Program-made: the position numbers and the translations under genes | Assembly (NCBI GenBank): GCA_965206595.1 | Contig: OZ242214.1 | Span: forward strand, 3,424,001-3,488,000 | Length of the DNA stretch: 64,000 nt | Direction: 5' to 3' | Source: Candidatus Latescibacterota bacterium | GTDB lineage: Bacteria; Latescibacterota; UBA2968; UBA8231 | The notes under the pieces: model-generated | Told to the model about the DNA's origin: nothing | The model's database searches: none | What the model saw: the letters and a program-made list of their open reading frames with translations, nothing else | Part shown: positions 1 to 10,216 of the stretch, piece after piece | Position numbering within the stretch: position 1 is the first letter of the stretch | Layout of the letters: each line of letters opens with the position of its first letter

Positions 1-352
1 GCGCGGGCCGCCCGGGGCCGGTCAGCCACGCGGTCATGCCGATGCAGTGGCAGTCGGGACCGTGCAGGGCCTCGGCCAGCTCGATGACCCGCGGGCGGTC
101 GAGGAAACCGGTGAACAGCGGGTCGCGATTGAAGACGTTGTTGATGGACTTGGAGAAAAAGCCTCCCTGCTCCGGGGTGCGGGTGCGGTCGAAGCTCTCC
201 GGTAGCGCTTCCAGGGCGTCCATCGCCGCGCGCAGCCGCTGGATTTCCCCGGCGCCGACGACCCCGGGCAGATAGGCGTAGCCATCGCGGTGCACGGCTT
301 CGACCTGCTCCTCCAGCTCGGGGTAGGCTACCAGCGGAATCGGCTCGATCAT
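1..352 (-). CDS. Phytanoyl-CoA dioxygenase (PhyH) family protein, 3' part outside window
   Basis: Manual translation from ATG at 352: MIEPIPLVAYPELEEQVEAVHRDGYAYLPGVV...FLDRPRVIELAEALHGPDCHCIGMTAWLTGPG, a typical PhyH N-terminus; open to the window edge. Confidence 0.75.
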   Translation of the reverse strand, partial: MIEPIPLVAYPELEEQVEAVHRDGYAYLPGVVGAGEIQRLRAAMDALEALPESFDRTRTPEQGGFFSKSINNVFNRDPLFTGFLDRPRVIELAEALHGPDCHCIGMTAWLTGPGRPA

Positions 353-356
353 GGCC

Positions 357-1469
357 TCATCTCCTTTTCCCGTCGACGATCCGCTCTGCCTGCCACGGCC
401 GTCTCTCCCCGTAGTACTCGTGGAGCGGACGCCGCGGTCCCGTCTCCGGGAGCTGCTTGCCGTACACGGCGACGCCGGTGAGGCCGTTGGAAGTCCGCAA
501 ACGCCGTGGCAGCACCGCCTCGCGCTCGAATCCCGCCTGCTCCAGTGCCTCCCCGGCGCCCCCGTCACCTTCCGCGGCGTAGGCCTGCAAAACGGAGATG
601 CCGATCCGGTGGGCGCGGGCGGCTGTGGCGTCGAGCAACTCCCCGGTCTGGGCGCCGTACTCCGGGGCGACGCGGAAGCTGAGCTGGGCGACGTGTTGCT
701 GGTGGAAGGTCGGCAGGCGCTCGACAACGGCGCAGCCGACCACCCTCCGGCGCGGGTTCTCCAGCACCGCGATGAGGCCGCGGTCCTCCTCGACACGGCG
801 CATCAGGCGCACGAAGTGACCCTCGAAACGGGTGTCGCGGAAGCAGTGGCTGAGGTACTCCTTGATCTCCCAGTCCGGCTGCGGGTGGCAGAACAGCACC
901 GAGGCGCCCGGCAGGTCTCCCCAGTGCGCCTCCCGGACAGTCGCCTCACCGGCGTGCGCCAGGTATGCGGCATCGAAGTCGCCGGCCGCGGCCGACAGGC
1001 AGCGCATGCCGTCGCCGACGAAGTAGTCGAAGCCGCAGCTCTCGTACAGCCGCCCGGCTCCGGGATTGGTGGTGCAGAGGTACAGGGCGAGGCCGCCATT
1101 CGCTTCGAAGCGGACGATCAGCTGCCGCAGCAGGGCGGTGCCGACCCCCTTGCGCCGGTGCTCTTCCGAGGTGCTGACGAACTCGACCAGGCCGACCTCG
1201 GGATTGCGCGCCGGCGTCAGGCAGGTCATGTACCCCGCGACTTGACCGCCGATCTCGCCGATGTAGTAGGGGCTGCGAAGCCAGGGGGCGACGGCGCCGG
1301 ATAGCAGGTCCTCCTCGACCGCTTCCCACCAGCAGCCCACCTGGCCTGCCCAAGCGCCGAGAGGGGGCTCCACCTCGCTGACGAGGAGGGTTTCCCCCGA
1401 CTTCAGCTTCGCTTCGGTGGTGGCTCCGGCGTTGGCGGCGATGGCCCTGTCTCCGGTGGATGGACCCAA
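357..1469 (-). CDS. Tandem GNAT-family N-acetyltransferase
   Basis: Motif A 'VEFVSTSEEHRRKGVGTALL', 'AGRLYESCGF', and a second GNAT-like repeat ending 'ALEQAGFEREAVL'; start uncertain (TTG at 1469 chosen). Confidence 0.75.
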   Translation of the reverse strand: MGPSTGDRAIAANAGATTEAKLKSGETLLVSEVEPPLGAWAGQVGCWWEAVEEDLLSGAVAPWLRSPYYIGEIGGQVAGYMTCLTPARNPEVGLVEFVSTSEEHRRKGVGTALLRQLIVRFEANGGLALYLCTTNPGAGRLYESCGFDYFVGDGMRCLSAAAGDFDAAYLAHAGEATVREAHWGDLPGASVLFCHPQPDWEIKEYLSHCFRDTRFEGHFVRLMRRVEEDRGLIAVLENPRRRVVGCAVVERLPTFHQQHVAQLSFRVAPEYGAQTGELLDATAARAHRIGISVLQAYAAEGDGGAGEALEQAGFEREAVLPRRLRTSNGLTGVAVYGKQLPETGPRRPLHEYYGERRPWQAERIVDGKRR

Positions 1470-1575
1470 TGAAAGGGTCAGCCGTGCATTGCGGGGTCGG
1501 GCCGGATATTGTAGCAGGTCCGCTCCCGGTTCGGCAACGCCGGCGCCAGGGGAGACAGGGTTTCGGGCGGCGCGG

Positions 1576-1959
1576 CTACGCCTGCACCGCCGGCCCGCCG
1601 GCACTCCCCCGGTTTCTATCCAGAATCCTCAGGAGTATCAATGCCGGCAACGCGGCCACGAGGACGAAGGCGACGACGCCGATCGGTCCGAGCAGCCCTC
1701 CGACGGTTGCTCCCCAGGCAGCCGCCAGCCCCAGTACCGCGGCGCAGGCGTACGCGAGGATGCGGGAGCGGCGGTGCAACAGGCGCACCGCCCAGGTCAG
1801 CGGAATCGCAGCCGGCCAGGTCAGGGCGAACAGCCACAGGATATCCGTCGCGCCGGGACCGTGTCCCATGCCGCCGGCGCCGAACCTGACCATGGAGATG
1901 ACCAGCACGAGTAGCGGCAGCCAGAGGGAGCCCAGGATTGTGGCGACAGTTCCTTTCAT
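1576..1959 (-). CDS. Small integral membrane protein (about 4 TM)
   Basis: GGAGGT RBS before ATG at 1959; hydrophobic segments throughout. Confidence 0.65.
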   Translation of the reverse strand: MKGTVATILGSLWLPLLVLVISMVRFGAGGMGHGPGATDILWLFALTWPAAIPLTWAVRLLHRRSRILAYACAAVLGLAAAWGATVGGLLGPIGVVAFVLVAALPALILLRILDRNRGSAGGPAVQA

Positions 1960-2141
1960 GTCGAGACCTCCGGTTTCAGGAATGTGACAGAAGGGCGTTT
2001 CTTTTGACACCCGATAGACCGCCAGGCTTCAGCCGGGTTCCGCGGGCTGGAACCTCCGCGGTCTTCGGGGGCGTCCTAGTAACGGGAGGCCATCCCGGCC
2101 GGTAATCGGGCCTTGCCGCCCTTGAACCCAGGAGGACAACC

Positions 2142-3593
2142 ATGCTCGACACCAAGTCCGACCCTGCGGTACCCCGGACCGTGCTGCCGCTGCTGATCTT
2201 CCTCGTTGCCGCGGCCGCCTCCGGTCACCAGGAACCATTCCCCATCCTTGCACCCGACGACGCCCCCGACAGCCTCAACGTGGAACGTGTCGGCGAGATC
2301 GTCCTCCTCAGCCTTCCCCAGGAGGGCGAACTTCCCTTCGGGACCGACCTATATCTCACGGGGGACCACGCGCTGATGGGCGACTTCCGCGGCCTTGTCC
2401 ATATCGTCGACATCTCCGATCCCGCGGACATGCGCAAGGTAGCCGAGGTCCGCACCTCCGGATCCGCGGTGGACATCAAGATCTCGGGCGATCTCGCCGT
2501 AATCGGGGTACAGGAGTTCGACGCCGACTTCGGGTTGCTGATCCTCGACATTTCAGATCCGGCGAATCCCGTCGAGCTCTCGCGGCTCGAGGAGGTTGGC
2601 TGGGGGGGCGTCCACAATCTCTTCATCCACGGCGACCGCCTCTATCTCGCTCACATGTACAGTCCGGGCATGAGCATCGTCGACATATCCGATCCGGCCG
2701 CCCCCGTGGTTTCGGGTTTCTGGCAGCACGAAGGAAGCTTCAGCAATCTGGTACACGACGTCTTCATCCGCGACGGCGTCGCCGTCCTCAGCGATTACGG
2801 CTCCGGGCTGATCCTTCTCGACCTCACCGACCCGGACGCACCCGAGCTGCTCGCGGCGCTGCCTTTCCCCGAAGGCACCCACAGCGCCTGGGCAAAGGGG
2901 GGCTACGTCTACTGCAACCAGGAATTCGGCGGCTGGGAGCGGCGCCTCCACGTCGTCGATATCGCCGACCCCCGGCAGCCGCGGGTGGTGCACTCTTTCG
3001 GCAGCCGCCCACCGCCTCACGGGGACATCCTCGGCCCGCACAACCCCTGGGTCGACAACGGGCTGTTGTATTGGGCCTACTACGACGCCGGCTTCCGCGT
3101 CTTCGACCTGAGCGACCCGGCACGGCCGGTGGAAATCGGCTACCACACCTATCCGGGCTCCGCCTGGAGCGTGCAGCCGCACGACGACGGGCTGCTCTAC
3201 GTCGCCGACGGCACGGTGGGCATCCAGGCCTACCGGCTGAGCGAGGCCATTGCCGGCAGGTCCACGCCGCCGACGGAGACCGCGGTGTACGAGGAACAGG
3301 GGGACGCCCGACCAGCGGCTTTCCACCTCTCCCAGAACTACCCCAACCCCTTCAACCAGTCAACGGTGATCCATATCAACCTGGAAACCAGGGCCGACAT
3401 GGAGCTGGCGGTTTACAACATGACCGGACACAAGGTCGCAACGCTGGCCCGGGGGCCATATCCTGCCGGGAGCTATTCCTTCCTCTGGGAGGGACGCTCC
3501 ACCCTGGGGAGAGAACTGGCTTCAGGTGTCTATACCTGCCGGCTCAGTGCCAACGGGCAGGTGCGGACGCGCAAACTGATGCTCCTTCGCTGA
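2142..3593 (+). CDS. Secreted LVIVD-repeat protein with C-terminal FlgD-Ig/T9SS-like domain
   Basis: Signal peptide; repeated 'IVDISDPA.P' motifs; C-terminal 'LSQNYPNPFN...ASGVY..RL...KLMLLR'; GGAGG RBS. Confidence 0.85.
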   Translation: MLDTKSDPAVPRTVLPLLIFLVAAAASGHQEPFPILAPDDAPDSLNVERVGEIVLLSLPQEGELPFGTDLYLTGDHALMGDFRGLVHIVDISDPADMRKVAEVRTSGSAVDIKISGDLAVIGVQEFDADFGLLILDISDPANPVELSRLEEVGWGGVHNLFIHGDRLYLAHMYSPGMSIVDISDPAAPVVSGFWQHEGSFSNLVHDVFIRDGVAVLSDYGSGLILLDLTDPDAPELLAALPFPEGTHSAWAKGGYVYCNQEFGGWERRLHVVDIADPRQPRVVHSFGSRPPPHGDILGPHNPWVDNGLLYWAYYDAGFRVFDLSDPARPVEIGYHTYPGSAWSVQPHDDGLLYVADGTVGIQAYRLSEAIAGRSTPPTETAVYEEQGDARPAAFHLSQNYPNPFNQSTVIHINLETRADMELAVYNMTGHKVATLARGPYPAGSYSFLWEGRSTLGRELASGVYTCRLSANGQVRTRKLMLLR

Positions 3594-3932
3594 ACGCCCG
3601 TCCGGAGAACAGCCGGAGGTTTCCGGGCCATCGCGGGTTGAAGTCACCTGTTCGCCCTTGGCGCCGGTAGATGTCCGCGGTCAACGGGTCGCGTCCGCCT
3701 GCCCGAGCCCGGGGATGGCGCCGCGGAATGAGATCCGGAAGGTTTTGGCACAGGCGCCACGAGCCCCTGGCTGGGGATGAAAGGCAGCAGGATTCGGTGC
3801 GCACGAGATGGCTCGTCTCATCCGCCCCCCGGGGAGCAGAGCCAGCCGGATCCGACTGATCCCCCGGGCCTCACCGGGCTCAGCTCCGAGATCCGTGCTC
3901 AAACCTCTAACACCCCAAGAGTGAGGGCATGT

Positions 3933-5315
3933 ATGACCGGAAACTCACCAGATATATCCATCCGCTCTCTGGGCGACGCCGACGTCGCCCAGATCCCCGC
4001 CTTCTTCGAGGGGGTTTCCGAGGCGAGCCGCAAATTCTTCCACCCCCATTCCTTCGATCGGGAAGCGGCTGCGTGGATCGCCCGGGAAATTCGCGATCCG
4101 GACTGCGTCCATGTCGGCGCTTTCAGCGACGACAAGCTGATCGGGCACGTCTGGTACGCGCGCCGCAGCGGAAAGCCCTGGCCCGGCCTGGGCATCGGCA
4201 TCGTCGATACCTTCCACGACCGGGGCATCGGCAAGAGGCTGATGCAACGGATCGAAGGTATCGCCCGCGAGCGCGGCGAGCCGGGACTCTCCCTGAGCTG
4301 TTACCCGGAGAATCACCGGGCCCTTCGCGTCTATGCGAAACAGGGATTCCGCCTCGCCGGCAGGACCGGGGACGGGGCCCAGTTCCGCATGGTCCGCAAC
4401 TTCGCCGACGATGAGACGCCCTTTGCAATACGCGGGTTCTACGCCTCGAGCATCCCCTGGAACATCGCACCGCTGACGACGGACACCTGGAGCTTCGACG
4501 ATTGGAAATGGTACCTCGAGCTGCTCAATGCCGCGGGCTGCAATCTGCTGAAGCTCTACATCTGGCCGACGCAGTATCACCACCCGGACGAGCCGGAACT
4601 CACCTCCAATGCGTGGCGATACCCGGTCTGGCGCCAGGCCCTGGCGTACGCCCGTGTCATGGGGATGGAAACGCAGGTCGGGTTTTCCACCGGGTGCGTG
4701 CCTCCCTTCGCCTTCTTCCTCGACCCGGAAGGGGGCTTCGAGTCGGCCAACATCCTGCCCGAGCCCAAGCTGCGGCAGGTCGACGCGTGGCTGGACAAGG
4801 GCCTCGAAGAAAGGCACACCGCCTCGCTGGCCTATCGCTTGACCCCCTATACGCAGTACCCGGGGGATTTCTATTTCTTCCGGCGGCAACTCAACCCCGC
4901 ACAGTCGAGGGAATCCGTGCTTGCCGGCCTGGGGGAGTACGTTTGCAATCCGCGCCAGGGATCAGGATGCGTTGACGGAACCCGGTTCGCCTCGGCAGTG
5001 GAGTCGCTCGAGCAATGGTGGGAAATGCGGCGGGAGCAGGATCTCGAGGAGGCAGCGTCAGGGCTGACCTCCCTGGCGGCAACCCACGACTCCGTCAGAG
5101 ACCTTGCGGATGCCGCGGCCCTTCTGCGGCTACTGCCGGGGGGACTGGGAAATCAGTCGTTGGAAGAGTTCAGCGAAGACCTGCGCCTTCGGATGAGCAC
5201 CATGCCGGTCTTTCGCGGCCTGACGCTGGACCATCTCTGGTCGGGCAGGGCGCGGGCATTCCTTCAACTGCGAGTGAAAAACTGGTTGCACCGGCTGCAG
5301 CAGCAGGCCGGTTGA
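3933..5315 (+). CDS. GNAT acetyltransferase fused to a glycoside-hydrolase-like/unknown domain (possibly internally deleted)
   Basis: N-terminal GNAT 'FHDRGIGKRLM...NHRALRVYAKQGF'; then a TIM-barrel-like start 'IRGFY...WSFDDWKWYLELLNAAGCNLL'. Confidence 0.6.
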   Translation: MTGNSPDISIRSLGDADVAQIPAFFEGVSEASRKFFHPHSFDREAAAWIAREIRDPDCVHVGAFSDDKLIGHVWYARRSGKPWPGLGIGIVDTFHDRGIGKRLMQRIEGIARERGEPGLSLSCYPENHRALRVYAKQGFRLAGRTGDGAQFRMVRNFADDETPFAIRGFYASSIPWNIAPLTTDTWSFDDWKWYLELLNAAGCNLLKLYIWPTQYHHPDEPELTSNAWRYPVWRQALAYARVMGMETQVGFSTGCVPPFAFFLDPEGGFESANILPEPKLRQVDAWLDKGLEERHTASLAYRLTPYTQYPGDFYFFRRQLNPAQSRESVLAGLGEYVCNPRQGSGCVDGTRFASAVESLEQWWEMRREQDLEEAASGLTSLAATHDSVRDLADAAALLRLLPGGLGNQSLEEFSEDLRLRMSTMPVFRGLTLDHLWSGRARAFLQLRVKNWLHRLQQQAG

Positions 5316-5641
5316 GGAGTATGGGCCTCTGGCTCATCGGCCATGGCCATCGAGCCCCGGTTGCCTGAACCTGGCTGATGGCGGGGTGAGTCCTGGAGAT
5401 GCAGGCGGTTTTTCGACGGGATGAATCCCGGCCCCACCTGTTGCCGGGTGGCTTCCCCATCGAAACCTCGCCTGGCGCGGCTGCTCTGCGCGCTGTTCGC
5501 GGAGCCTGTGCCAGCTTGGCTTCGGCGGGCCTGGGGTGCGGGCTCGAGGGACACGGTATCCTCGGGGCGAGTCCTGTAGAAGCTGACGGTCCTTCGCGCG
5601 GGACAGATCCCGGCTCCCCCGATTCCCGGTGCCCTTTCCTG

Positions 5642-6790
5642 TCACCCGGCCGGGCCGCGGATGCCGCTCCCGGTTTCCTCGACCACGAGGTCCACCACGG
5701 CGCGCAGGGCTTCTTCCACCGAATCTCCTTCCAGCCGGCGCAGGCGGAAATGATCGATCTGCCGGTCGGCGCCGGTGCCGGTCCGCACGAGCTCCAGGGC
5801 GTGGCGCAGTTCCACTTCGCATCCGAGGGCCTGCGCATCCTCGGCGAGGCCCTCGACCATGTAAGTGGCGTACTCCTCGATGTCCATGCGCCCGGCTCCT
5901 CCGGTATTGCCGAGAAAGGCGAGGACGCCGTATCGCTGCGCCAGCCAGCAGTTCTCCTCGATCAGCTCCGTCGGCGGCTCCGCCGGGAGATCTCCCTGCA
6001 TGTCCCGGCGCGACAGATGGCGCACGAGGCAGGCATACAGCGCCACGACGCTCATGGCGTCGTCCACGGTGTGGCAGATGTCGCAGATACGCAGCTCCAC
6101 CGTGGGATAGATCCGCGAGGGGCGGATGTCCCACCACAGCTCGCTGCTGTCCTGGATGAAATCCATGCGGCGGTAGTCGTCCACGAGGCCGTCGAAATCT
6201 GCCCAGGAGCGCAGCGGACCCGGAAGGCCGGTGCGCGGCATGCTGCCGAAGAGGGTCAGCCTGTAGGACTTGAAGCCGGTCTCCCGGCCGCTGCTGAAGG
6301 GGGAGGCGGCGGAGAGCGCGTGCAGCAGCGGCAGGTGCCGGCGCAGCGCCGTCATGACCCGCACGCGGCTGTTGAGGTCGCCGAACCCGGCGTGAATGTG
6401 CATCCCGCCGACGAGCAGCTCCCGGACCGCCTGCTGGTAGGTCGTGGCGAACTGCTCGTAACGCTGGCCCGCGGTGACGACCTGGTTGGCCCAGGCCGCG
6501 AAGGGATGGGTCGAGGCGGCCAGGACCGCGGCCCCGTGCTTTGCGGCCGCGTCGATGACGAGGCGGCGGGTCTCGTTGAGGGCGGAGCGCACCTCCGCCA
6601 CGAATGCGCAGACCCTGGTGGTGGTTTCTATCTGGGAGCGCAGGAACTCCGCCACGACCTCGTGCGGCCCGCAGTTTCTCTCGCACTCCTCGAAGATGCC
6701 GCGGTCGGGGTCGGACAGGAGATCGCGGGTCTCCGGGTCGATCAGGAAGAACTCTTCCTCGACACCAAGCTTTATTGCGAGGGGGTCCAT
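5642..6790 (-). CDS. ybdK: Carboxylate-amine ligase / glutamate-cysteine ligase family 2 (YbdK-like)
   Basis: 'LGVEEEFFLID', 'GMHIHAG', 'ALSAASPF', 'WWDIRPS..YPTVELRICD' motifs. Confidence 0.9.
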   Translation of the reverse strand: MDPLAIKLGVEEEFFLIDPETRDLLSDPDRGIFEECERNCGPHEVVAEFLRSQIETTTRVCAFVAEVRSALNETRRLVIDAAAKHGAAVLAASTHPFAAWANQVVTAGQRYEQFATTYQQAVRELLVGGMHIHAGFGDLNSRVRVMTALRRHLPLLHALSAASPFSSGRETGFKSYRLTLFGSMPRTGLPGPLRSWADFDGLVDDYRRMDFIQDSSELWWDIRPSRIYPTVELRICDICHTVDDAMSVVALYACLVRHLSRRDMQGDLPAEPPTELIEENCWLAQRYGVLAFLGNTGGAGRMDIEEYATYMVEGLAEDAQALGCEVELRHALELVRTGTGADRQIDHFRLRRLEGDSVEEALRAVVDLVVEETGSGIRGPAG

Positions 6791-7033
6791 CGTCCTTTGC
6801 GCTCCCGGTTCAGCACAGCGGCAGCAGCGGCCGGGCCGGCTCCTACCAGGATTTCACAGGAGGACTTCCTCCCCCTGCTTTTCCGGGGGAAGAACCGGTT
6901 CTACCAGTTCCTCATCCCGGCGGGAACATGGAAGCCCAAGAGAAAACCTCCATATCAGGTTTGCCGTACAAAGGAGGAAAATTTCCGCCCAAGGGCGAAG
7001 GCGCCAAGCCGAGGAGACCGATTTTTCAGGCCG

Positions 7034-7250
7034 TCAAACAGTTGGAGTGACTTTCCTGACTTTGCCGATAGGCAGCGAGAGCGTCGTGGGCTCTGCAACG
7101 ACATACCCGCTGACCTCGGGGGTGAGCAGCACCAAGACGTGGCGATGACCAGTCTGGCCGTAGACCTCGCGCACCCGGGCGCGGACCGGTGGAGCTGGGA
7201 CCCCAGGGAATCTCGACTTCTTCGTCATACGCAAGCTCGGTGTTTTCCAT
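7034..7250 (-). pseudogene. Frameshifted small protein downstream of the HEPN gene
   Basis: AGGAG RBS + MENTELAYDEEVEIPWG, continuing in another frame as ...VRARVREVYG...EPTTLSLPIGKVRKV*. Confidence 0.45.
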
Positions 7251-7262
7251 TCGAATGCTCCT

Positions 7263-7744
7263 TTACCATGGCCGGGGGATTTTCAAGCCGGCGGCGAGCT
7301 CGTCAGCCACCACAGTATCCATGTCACGCACAACCCTGTCGAGGATCTTTCTGAACCTGCGGTATGAGGACAAGATCACCCGGGTCTGGTTGTCTTTGAC
7401 CAGCGACTGGACCTCGCTTTCGTTGCCGTGGACGATAGCATTGCGGAAGAGGAACGCTGCGGGTTCTGGGTGTCCAGCTTGCGTCCCTGCTTCAGGAGAG
7501 TTTCCAGGACCGCGACTTGGCGCTCATTGGCGCTGGCGATGTACACGGAGATGGCTTCGTTGTGCAATTCGCGACAATACACCTGGAACTGACCGACGAG
7601 AGTGACGAACAGACTCCTTACCAACTGTTCGATGTCCCAGCGCCGTCCCCGCTTTCTTCCGCGGGCGTCGGCATGAATCTGCTCCAGTTGGTCGAGGCGC
7701 CCTGCATATTCGGTTTCCCACACGTCCTTCGCTCTCGACATCAC
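7263..7744 (-). pseudogene. HEPN-domain protein, frameshifted/internally deleted
   Basis: N-terminal ORF 7376-7744; an out-of-frame C-terminus carries the HEPN R-x4-H motif 'RNAIVH' (7428-7445) and ends ...IPRPW* at 7263. Confidence 0.6.
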
Positions 7745-7862
7745 TGACTACTCCTTCAGACCCGTTGACCTGCGGAAATGGAAACCGTTTCCAGAAACGA
7801 TCCGCACGCTCGCGGTCCTCAAGATAACCATGTTCTTGCAAGAGAAGACCTCCGGCCCAGCC

Positions 7863-8676
7863 TCACACATAGGCGATCACCAGCTCGATCCCCACGATGC
7901 GCAGGCAGTCCTGGCCCTCTATGCGATCGAGCGCGACCCAAATGCGGTTCTCTCCCTGGACGACCGGTACGTCGCGCCAGGTCACCGTCGTGGTGGACGG
8001 CAGCTCGATGCGACGGCCTGAATCCAGGCGGCTGCCGTTCAAGGAGACCAATGCCTCCACCAGGGAGGGGTCGTACTCCCTGCAGGTGATCCGCAGCCAG
8101 GTATCGGCCACGGCCTGTTCCCGCCGCGCGGATTCGACGTCGTCCCCGACGACGATCCGGAACACCTGGCTCTGGCCCGGGTCCCCGATCTCGAAGGGGA
8201 GGGGCATCTCGCCCCCCTGCTCGGGGGTATTGAGCTGCATGTCCACGCTGACGGTGTAGCGCTTGTTCCTGCGGGCGATCCGCCGCGGGTCGTCAATCTC
8301 GCGCAGCAACTGGACCTCGTCCGGGGTGTAGGCATCGCTGCCGGTCTTCGGCAGCCGGGGGCAGTCGTAGTTGAACAGGTAGGGTGCTGTCGGCCATCCA
8401 GCGCACGTATTCCAGGCCCTCGGCCTGCGGCCACTCGGTGACGTTGGAGCCGTAGATCTCGCCGAACCCGGTGGGGTGGGAGAAGGTCTCGTCGCCGCGG
8501 CCCATCGAGTTGGTGAACACCTCGACGGCGGTGCCGGCGACTTCCTCGATGTCGCGGCAGGCCTGCTCCGGGGTGATCGGCGGCTCGAAGGCTATGTAGG
8601 TCGTCGAGTCGCCGTCGGAATTGAAGATCAGTCGGGGGCAGTCCGGGGGTTCCTTGGGGTCGGGGGTTTCGCTCAT
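7863..8676 (-). pseudogene. Glycoside-hydrolase-like TIM-barrel protein with large internal deletion
   Basis: N-terminus 'RLIFNSDGD' joined out of frame near 8385 to 'YLFNYDC...LLREIDDPRRIARRNKRY', resembling the C-terminal part of the protein at 51928-53559. Confidence 0.65.
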
Positions 8677-8929
8677 TTCAATGCTCCTTCTTCATCATTT
8701 CTCGGCCCACCGAGTCTGGTGCCGAGCCCGAAGATGAGCGCGAGTTCATTAATTGGGGGATCGAAAATTGGGGGATCGAACCATCGTCGATACCGCCCCT
8801 CCGACCGCAGAACAAATGAAGTTCCCTGGAACCACTGATAACCCAAACCGAACCCGGCGGAGTAATTGGAATAGCCGATATCGAGAGGAGCACCAGAATG
8901 AGCCGTGACTGCCCAAGCGCCTAGTCCTA

Positions 8930-10096
8930 GTGTCCTGTCGTATAATTAACTGTACAAACAATTGAAGGTGCCGTAGGTTTCTCTTATCCCCTTTCTGAAA
9001 GGAGAGACCTATGGTGACGGGGCGTCCATTACCGCCGTTAGAGCTGAGTCCGTCGGACCGGGAACGATTGGAATCGATGGCCAAATCCCGGAGCCTTTCC
9101 CACGGGTTGGTGCGGCGAGCCGAGATTAGTCTGCTGGCCGCAGAAGGCTGGCCCAATGAAGCCGTCGCCGCCGCCGTGGGTGTGACGCGTGCTACGGTCG
9201 GCAAGTGGCGCCGGCGCTTTCTCGAAAACGGGCTCCCGGGCTTGCATGATGAGCTGCGCTCAGGGGCGCCACGATCGAGTACGGATGAACAGGTAGCCGA
9301 GGTGGTATACAAGACCCTGAAGACCAAGCCCAAAGACGAAACACAGTGGTCGGTGCGCTCCATGGGCGAAGAAACCGGCTTGACCAAGGACGCGGTTCAT
9401 CGCATTTGGCGCACGTATGGTTTGCAGCCCCATCGACACAAGCACTTCACGCTTTCCACCGATCCTTTCTTTGTCGACAAAGTACGGGATATCGTCGGCT
9501 TGTACCTGAATCCCCCCGAGCACGCCCTGGTGCTGTGCGTCGACGAGAAGAGCCGGATCCAGGCGTTGGAACGAAGTCAGCCCATGCTGCCCCTGGGACT
9601 GGGATACGTGGAAGGGATTACGCACGACTACAAGCGCCATGGCACCACCACCCTGTTCGCCGCACTGGACGTAGCCACCGGGGAAGTGATGACCCAGTGC
9701 AAGCCCCGTCATCGTCACCAGGAGTTCCTTCAGTTCCTGCGCCACATCGAGGCCCACGTCCCCGCTGACCTCGATATTCATCTCGTCGTCGACAACTACG
9801 CCACGCATAAGCAGGCCAAGGTCAAGCGATGGCTGGCACGGCGTCCCCGATTTCACGTTCACTACACCCCCACCTATGCTTCGTGGCTCAATCAGGTGAA
9901 GATCTGGTTCAATATCCTTACCCGCCAGGCGGTTCGGCGCGATTCGTTCCGCAAGGTGTCGGAGCTCATCGAGCGCATCGAACGCTACACGGCCAAATGG
10001 AACGCCAACGCACACCCTTTCGTGTGGACGGCTACGGCCGATTCCATCCTCGCGAAAATCAAGAGACTTTGCGAACGAATCTCTGCGACACAACAC
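8930..10096 (+). mobile_element. IS630-family insertion sequence, copy A (1167 bp)
   Basis: TA|GTGTCCTGTCG...CGACACAACAC|TA; same length as and very similar to copy C. Confidence 0.92.
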
Positions 10097-10216
10097 TATC
10101 ATGTAAGGGCCAGGCATCGAGTTGCTTTTCGGAAAGAACGCACTCCGACATCCCAGATAGAAGGTGGTGTCGGACAAATCGTAATCATCATCGTCATCAT
10201 ACCCATAATCTATTGA
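9011..10216 (+). CDS. IS630 transposase, probably inactive (DDE Glu to Lys), reads through into flank
   Basis: HTH + 'VDEKS', 'VDNYATH', but 'NQVKIWF' instead of 'NQVEIWF'; no stop at the IS end. Confidence 0.88.
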   Translation: MVTGRPLPPLELSPSDRERLESMAKSRSLSHGLVRRAEISLLAAEGWPNEAVAAAVGVTRATVGKWRRRFLENGLPGLHDELRSGAPRSSTDEQVAEVVYKTLKTKPKDETQWSVRSMGEETGLTKDAVHRIWRTYGLQPHRHKHFTLSTDPFFVDKVRDIVGLYLNPPEHALVLCVDEKSRIQALERSQPMLPLGLGYVEGITHDYKRHGTTTLFAALDVATGEVMTQCKPRHRHQEFLQFLRHIEAHVPADLDIHLVVDNYATHKQAKVKRWLARRPRFHVHYTPTYASWLNQVKIWFNILTRQAVRRDSFRKVSELIERIERYTAKWNANAHPFVWTATADSILAKIKRLCERISATQHYHVRARHRVAFRKERTPTSQIEGGVGQIVIIIVIIPIIY

